DNA of 64,000 nt, from positions 62,001-126,000 of the forward strand of contig JAUCBJ010008094.1 in assembly GCA_032718475.1 (NCBI GenBank). Direction: 5' to 3'. The stretch is from Nemertoderma westbladi (taxonomy: Eukaryota > Animalia > Xenacoelomorpha). Below, piece by piece: positions 57,101-64,000 of the stretch. How positions within the stretch are numbered: position 1 is the first letter of the stretch; each line of letters begins with the position of its first letter. A program made the translations under genes and the position numbers. Under the pieces are notes generated by a model that was not told the origin of the DNA, did no database searches, and saw only the letters and a list, made by a program, of their open reading frames with translations.

Positions 57101-60100
57101 ACAGTCAGATACTAAAGTTGGAACATTCAGATACTAAAGGAAGGGGTAGGTAGGAACAGTCAGATACTAAAGGGAGGGGTTGGAAGGAACAGTCAGATAC
57201 TAAAGGGAGGGGTTGGTAGGAACAGTCAGATACAAAAGGGAGGGGTTGGTAGGAACAGTCAGATACTAAAGGGAGGGGTTGGAAGGAACAGTCAGATACT
57301 AAAGGGAGGGCTTGGTTGGAACAGTCAGATACTAAAGGGAGGGCTTGGTTGGAACAGTCAGATACTAAAGGGAGGGCTTGGTTGGAACAGTCAGATACTA
57401 AAGGGAGTGGTTGGTTGGAACAGTCAGATACTAAAGGGAGGGGTTGGTAGGAACAGTCAGATACTAAAGGGGGGGTCAGATACTAAAGGGAGGGGTTGGA
57501 ACAGTCAGATACTAAAGGAGTTGGAACGGTCTGATACTAAAGGGAGGGGTAGGTAGGAACAGTCAGATACTAAAGGAGTTGGAACAGTCAGATACTAAAG
57601 GGAGGGCTTGGTTTGAACAGTCAGATACTAAAGGGAGGGGTTGGAACAGTCAGATACTAAAGGGAGGGGTTGGTAGGAACAGTCAGATATTAAAGGGAGG
57701 GCTTGGTTGGAACAGTCTGATATTAAAGGGAGGGCTTGGTTGGAACAGTCAGATACTAAAGGGAGGGCTTGGTTGGAACAGTCAGATACTAAAGTTGGAA
57801 CATTCAGATACTAAAGGGAGGGCTTGGTAGGAACAGTCAGATACTAAAGGGAGGGGTTGGAAGGAACAGTCAGATACTAAAGTTGGAACATTCAGATACT
57901 AAAGGGAGGGGTAGGTAGGAACAGTCAGATACTAAAGGGAGGGGTTGGAAGGAACAGTCAGATACTAAAGTTGGAACATTCAGATACTAAAGGGAGGGGT
58001 AGGTAGGAACAGTCAGATACTAAAGGGAGGGGTTGGTAGGAACAGTCAGATACTAAAGGGAGGGGTTGGAACATTCAGATACTAAAGGGAGGGCTTGGTT
58101 GGAACAGTCAGATACTAAAGGGAGGGGTTGGTTGGAACAGTCAGATATTAAAGGGAGGGCTTGGTTGGAACAGTCAGATACTAAAGGGAGGGGTTGGAAC
58201 AGTCGATACTAAAGGGAGGACTTGGTTGGAACAGTCAGATACTAAAGGGAGGGGTTGGTAGGAACAGTCAGATACTAAAGGGGGGGTCAGATACTAAAGG
58301 GAGGGGTTGGAACAGTCAGATACTAAAGGGAGGGCTTGGTTGGAACAGTCAGATACTAAAGGGAGGGGTTGGAAGGAACAGTCAGATACTAAAGGGAGGG
58401 GTTGGTAGGAACAGTCAGATATTAAAGGGAGGGCTTGGTTGGAACAGTCAGATACTAAAGGGAGGGCTTGGTTGGAACAGTCAGATACTAAAGGGAGGGC
58501 TTGGTTGGAACAGTCAGATACTAAAGGGAGGGGTTGGTAGGAACAGTCAGATACTAAAGGGGGGGCTTGGTTGGAACAGTCAGATACTAAAGGGCGGGGT
58601 TGGTTGGAACAGTCAGATACTAAAGGGAGGGCTTGGTTGGAACAGTCAGATACTAAAGGAAGGGGTTGGTTGGAACAGTCAGATACTAAAGGGAGGGTTG
58701 GTTGGAACAGTCAGATACTAAAGGGGTTGGAACAGTCAGATACTAAAGGGAGGGCTTGGTAGGAACAGTCAGATACTAAAGGGACAGACAGATACTAAAG
58801 GGAGGGATTGGTAGGAACAATCAGATACTAAAGGGAGGGGTTGGAAGGAACAGTCAGATACTAAAGGGGGGCTTGGTTGGAACAGTCAGATACTAAAGGG
58901 AGGGGTTGGAACAGTCAGATACTAAAGGGAGGGCTTGGTTGGAACAGTCAGATACTAAAGGGAGGGGTTGGTTGGAACAGTCAGATACTAAAGGGAGGGG
59001 TTGGTAGGAACAGTCAGATACTAAAGGGAGGGCTTGGTTGGAACAGTCAGATACTAAAGGGAGGGGTTGGTAGGAACAGTCAGATACTAAAGGGAGGGCT
59101 TGGTTGGAACAGTCAGATACTAAAGGGAGGGGTTGGAACAGTCAGATACTAAAGGGAGGGCTTGGTTGGAACAGTCAGATACTAAAGGGAGGGGTTGGTA
59201 GGAACAGTCAGATACTAAAGGGAGGGCTTGGTTGGAACAGTCAGATACTAAAGGGAGGGGTTGGTAGGAACAGTCAGATACTAAAGGGAGGGCTTGGTTG
59301 GAACAGTCAGATACTAAAGGGCGGGGTTGGTTGGAACAGTCAGATACTAAAGGGAGGGGTTGGTAGGAACAGTCAGATATTAAAGGGAGGGCTTGGTTGG
59401 AACAGTCAGATACTAAAGGGAGGGGTTGGTTGGAACAGTCAGATACTAAAGGGAGGGGTTAGTAGGAACAGTCAGATACTAAAGGGAGGGCTTGGTTGGA
59501 ACAGTCAGATACTAAAGGGAGGGGTTGGTAGGAACAGTCAGATACTAAAGGGAGGGCTTGGTTGGAACAGTCAGATACTAAAGGGAGGGGTTGGTAGGAA
59601 CAGTCAGATATTAAAGGGAGGGCTTGGTTGGAACAGTCAGATATTAAAGGGAGGGCTTGGTTGGAACAGTCAGATACTAAAGGGAGGGGTTGGAACAGTC
59701 AGATACTAAAGGGAGGGCTTGGTTGGAACAGTCAGATACTAAAGGGAGGGGTTGGTAGGAACAGTCAGATACTAAAGGGAGGGCTTGGTTGGAACAGTCA
59801 GATACTAAAGGGAGGGGTTGGAACAGTCAGATACTAAAGGGAGGGCTTGGTTGGAACAGTCAGATACTAAAGGGAGGGGTTGGTAGGAACAGTCAGATAC
59901 TAAAGGGAGGGCTTGGTTGGAACAGTCAGATACTAAAGGGAGGGGTTGGTAGGAACAGTCAGATACTAAAGGGAGGGCTTGGTTGGAACAGTCAGATACT
60001 AAAGGGCGGGGTTGGTTGGAACAGTCAGATACTAAAGGGAGGGGTTGGTAGGAACAGTCAGATATTAAAGGGAGGGCTTGGTTGGAACAGTAAGATACTA

Positions 60101-63100
60101 AAGGGAGGGGTTGGTTGGAACAGTCAGATACTAAAGTTGGAACAGTCAGATACTAAAGGGAGGGGTTAGTAGGAACAGTCAGATACTAAAGGGAGGGCTT
60201 GGTTGGAACAGTCAGATACTAAAGGGAGGGGTTGGTAGGAACAGTCAGATACTAAAGGGAGGGCTTGGTTGGAACAGTCAGATACTAAAGGGAGGGCTTG
60301 GTTGGAACAGTCAGATACTAAAGGGAGGGGTTGGTAGGAACAGTCAGATACTAAAGGGAGGGCTTGGTTGGAACAGTCAGATACTAAAGGGAGGGGTTGG
60401 AACATTCAGATACTAAAGGGAGGGCTTGGTTGGAACAGTCAGATACTAAAGGGAGGGGTTGGTTGGAACAGTCAGATATTAAAGGGAGGGCTTGGTTGGA
60501 ACAGTCAGATACTAAAGGGAGGGGTTGGAACAGTCAGATACTAAAGGGAGGACTTGGTTGGAACAGTCAGATACTAAAGGGAGGGGTTGGTAGGAACAGT
60601 CAGATACTAAAGGGAGGGCTTGGTTGGAACAGTCAGATACTAAAGGGAGGGGTTGGAACAGTCCGATACTAAAGGGAGGGCTTGGTTGGAACAGTCAGAT
60701 ACTAAAGGGAGGGGTTGGTTGGAACAGTCAGATACTAAAGGGAGGGCTTGGTTGGAACAGTCAGATACTAAAGGGAGGGGTTGGTAGGAACAGTCAGATA
60801 TTAAAGGGCGGGGTTGGTTGGAACAGTCAGATACTAAAGGGAGGGCTTGGTTGGAACAGTCAGATACTAAAGGGAGGGGTTGGTTGGAACAGTCAGATAC
60901 TAAAGGGAGGGGTTGGTAGGAACAGTCAGATATTAAAGGGAGGGCTTGGTTGGAACAGTCAGATACTAAAGGGAGGGGTTGGTAGGAACAGTCAGATACT
61001 AAAGGGAGGGCTTGGTTGGAACAGTCAGATACTAAAGGGAGGGGTTGGTTGGAACAGTCAGATATTAAAGGGAGGGCTTGGTTGGAACAGTCAGATACTA
61101 AAGGGAGGGCTTGGTTGGAACAGTCAGATACTAAAGGGAGGGCTTGGTTGGAACAATCAGATACTAAAGGGAGGGGTTAGTAGGAACAGTCAGATACTAA
61201 AGGGAGGGCTTGGTTGGAACAGTCAGATATTAAAGGGAGGGCTTGGTTGGAACAGTCAGATATTAAAGGGAGGGCTTGGTTGGAACAGTCAGATACTAAA
61301 GGGCGGGGTTGGTTGGAACAGTCAGATATTAAAGCGAGGGCTTGGTTGGAACAGTCAGATACTAAAGGGCGGGGTTGGTTGGAACAGTCAGATACTAAAG
61401 GGAGGGCTTGGTTGGAACAGTCAGACACTGAAGGGAGGGGTTGGTAGGAACAGTCAGATACTAAAGGGAGGGCTTGGTTGGAACAGTCAGATACTAAAGG
61501 GAGGGGTTGGAACAGTCAGATACTAAAGGGAGAGCTTGGTTGGAACAGTCAGATACTAAAGGGAGGGCTTGGTAGGAATAGTCAGATATTAAAGGGAGGG
61601 CTTGGTTGGAACAGTCAGATACTAAAGGGAGGGGTTGGTTGGAACAGTCAGATACTAAAGGGAGGGCTTGGTTGGAACAGTCAGATACTAAAGGGAGGGC
61701 TTGGTTGGAACAGTCAGATACTAAAGGGAGGGGTTGGTAGGAACAGTCAGATACTAAAGGGAGGGCTTGGTTGGAACAGTCAGATACTAAAGGGAGGGGT
61801 TGGAACATTCAGATACTAAAGGGAGGGCTTGGTTGGAACAGTCAGATACTAAAGGGAGGGGTTGGTTGGAACAGTCAGATATTAAAGGGAGGGCTTGGTT
61901 GGAACAGTCAGATACTAAAGGGAGGGGTTGGAACAGTCAGATACTAAAGGGAGGACTTGGTTGGAACAGTCAGATACTAAAGGGAGGGGTTGGTAGGAAC
62001 AGTCAGATACTAAAGGGAGGGCTTGGTTGGAACAGTCAGATACTAAAGGGAGGGGTTGGAACAGTCAGATACTAAAGGGAGGGTTTGGTTGGAACAGTCA
62101 GATACTAAAGGGAGGGGTTGGTTGGAACAGTCAGATACTAAAGGGAGGGGTTGGTAGGAACAGTCAGATATTAAAGGGAGGGGTTGGTTGGAACAGTCAG
62201 ATACTAAAGGGCGGGGTTGGTTGGAACAGTCAGATATTAAAGGGAGGGCTTGGTTGGAACAGTCAGATATTAAAGGGAGGGCTTGGTTGGAACAGTCAGA
62301 TACTAAAGGGCGGGGTTGGTTGGAACAGTCAGATACTAAAGGGAGGGCTTGGTTGGAACAGTCAGATACTAAAGGGAGGGGTTGGTTGGAACAGTCAGAT
62401 ACTAAAGGGAGGGGTTGGAACAGTCAGATACTAAAGGGGTTGGAACAGTCAGATACTAAAGGGAGGGCTTGGTAGGAACAGTCAGATACTAAAGGGACAG
62501 ACAGATACTAAAGGGAGGGATTGGTAGGAACAATCAGATACTAAAGGGAGGGGTTGGAACAGTCAGATACTAAAGAGAGGGGTTGGAAGGAACAGTCAGA
62601 TGCTAAAGGGGCTTGGTTGGAACAGTCAGATACTAAAGGGAGGGCTTGGTTGGAACAGTCAGATATTAAAGGGAGGGGTTGGTTGGAACAGTCAGATACT
62701 AAAGGGAGGGCTTGGTTGGAACAGTCAGATACTAAAGGGAGGGGTTGGTAGGAACAGTTAGATACTAAAGGGGGGTTCAGATACTAAAGGGAGGGGTTGG
62801 TAGGAACAGTCAGATATTAAAGGGAGGGCTTGGTTGGAACAGTCAGATACTAAAGGGAGGGGTTGGTTGGAACAGTCAGATACTAAAGGGGGGGTCAGAT
62901 ACTAAAGGGAGGGGTTGGTAGGAACAGTCAGATATTAAAGGGAGGGCTTGGTTGGAACAGTCAGATACTAAAGGGAGGGGTTGGTTGGAACAGTCAGATA
63001 CTAAAGGGAGGGGTTGGTTGGAACAGTCAGATACTAAAGGGAGGGGTTGGAACAGTCAGATACTAAAGGGAGGGGTTGGAACAGTCAGATACTAAAGGGA

Positions 63101-64000
63101 GGGCTTGGTTGGAACAGTCAGATACTAAAGGGAGGGGTTGGTAGGAACAGTCAGATACTAAAGGGAGGGCTTGGTTGGAACAGTCAGATACTAAAGGGAG
63201 GGGTTGGTTGGAACAGTCAGATACTAAAGGGGGGGTCAGATACTAAAGGGAGGGGTTGGTAGGAACAGTCAGATATTAAAGGGAGGGCTTGGTTGGAACA
63301 GTCAGATACTAAAGGGAGGGGTTGGTTGGAACAGTCAGATACTAAAGGGAGGGGTTGGTTGGAACAGTCAGATACTAAAGGGAGGGGTTGGTAGGAACAG
63401 TCAGATACTAAAGGGAGGGCTTGGTTGGAACAGTCAGATACTAATAAAGGGAGGGGTTGGTAGGAACAGTCAGATATTAAAGGGAGGGCTTGGTTGGAAC
63501 AGTCAGATATTAAAGGGAGGGCTTGGTTGGAACAGTCAGATACTAAAGGGAGGGGTTGGAACAGTCAGATACTAAAGGGAGGGCTTGGTTGGAACAGTCA
63601 GATACTAAAGGGAGGGGTTGGTAGGAACAGTCAGATACTAAAGGGAGGGCTTGGTTGGAACAGTCAGATACTAAAGGGAGGGGTTGGAACAGTCAGATAC
63701 TAAAGGGAGGGCTTGGTTGGAACAGTCAGATACTAAAGGGAGGGGTTGGTAGGAACAGTCAGATACTAAAGGGAGGGGTTGGAACAGTCAGATACTAAAG
63801 GGAGGACTTGGTTGGAACAGTCAGATACTAAAGGGAGGGGTTGGTAGGAACAGTCAGATACTAAAGGGAGGGCTTGGTTGGAACAGTCAGATACTAAAGG
63901 GAGGGGTTGGAACAGTCAGATACTAAAGGGAGGGCTTGGTTGGAACAGTCAGATACTAAAGGGAGGGGTTGGTTGGAACAGTCAGATACTAAAGGGAGGG
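54172..64000. repeat. G-rich 33-bp minisatellite (CAGTCAGATACTAAAGGGAGGGCTTGGTTGGAA) with 29/25/22-bp variants, ~300 copies, runs off the right edge
   Basis: 11-aa repeat GGLGWNSQILK in the ORF track; the first unit is exon sequence CAGTCAGATACTAAAAGGAGAG|GTAGGAA. Confidence 0.97.

Noticed and set aside
54362-63703. Many short ORFs, or a telomere-like G-rich repeat
   Set aside because: These are satellite translations; the unit derives from the exon end and contains no TTAGGG array.

Overview
This is AT-rich eukaryotic (metazoan, probably marine invertebrate) genomic DNA, about 85% tandem repeat. The real coding content is (i) six + strand GT-AG exons (44752-54193) that splice in frame into the catalytic domain of a class II DYRK kinase, most like DYRK4, whose N-lobe exons are not in the window, and (ii) a - strand exon (42227-43572) encoding a CBM21 glycogen-binding protein with a C-terminal TM segment, apparently nested in a very large DYRK intron. 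The rest consists of minisatellite arrays (34, 39, 46, 37, 34, 29 and 33 bp units), an 11,471-bp-offset duplication, a tRNA-derived SINE, a 2.7-kb TIR element with TACGG termini and a decayed 3' fragment of an RLE-type non-LTR retrotransposon. The most striking pattern is that several unrelated arrays are built from, or start exactly at, exon-intron junctions. One array places about 89 consensus 5' splice sites behind a real donor, and another places about 13 copies of the acceptor region in front of a real acceptor. The long ORFs in the ORF track are translations of satellites. Coordinates were counted by eye and copy numbers are approximate.
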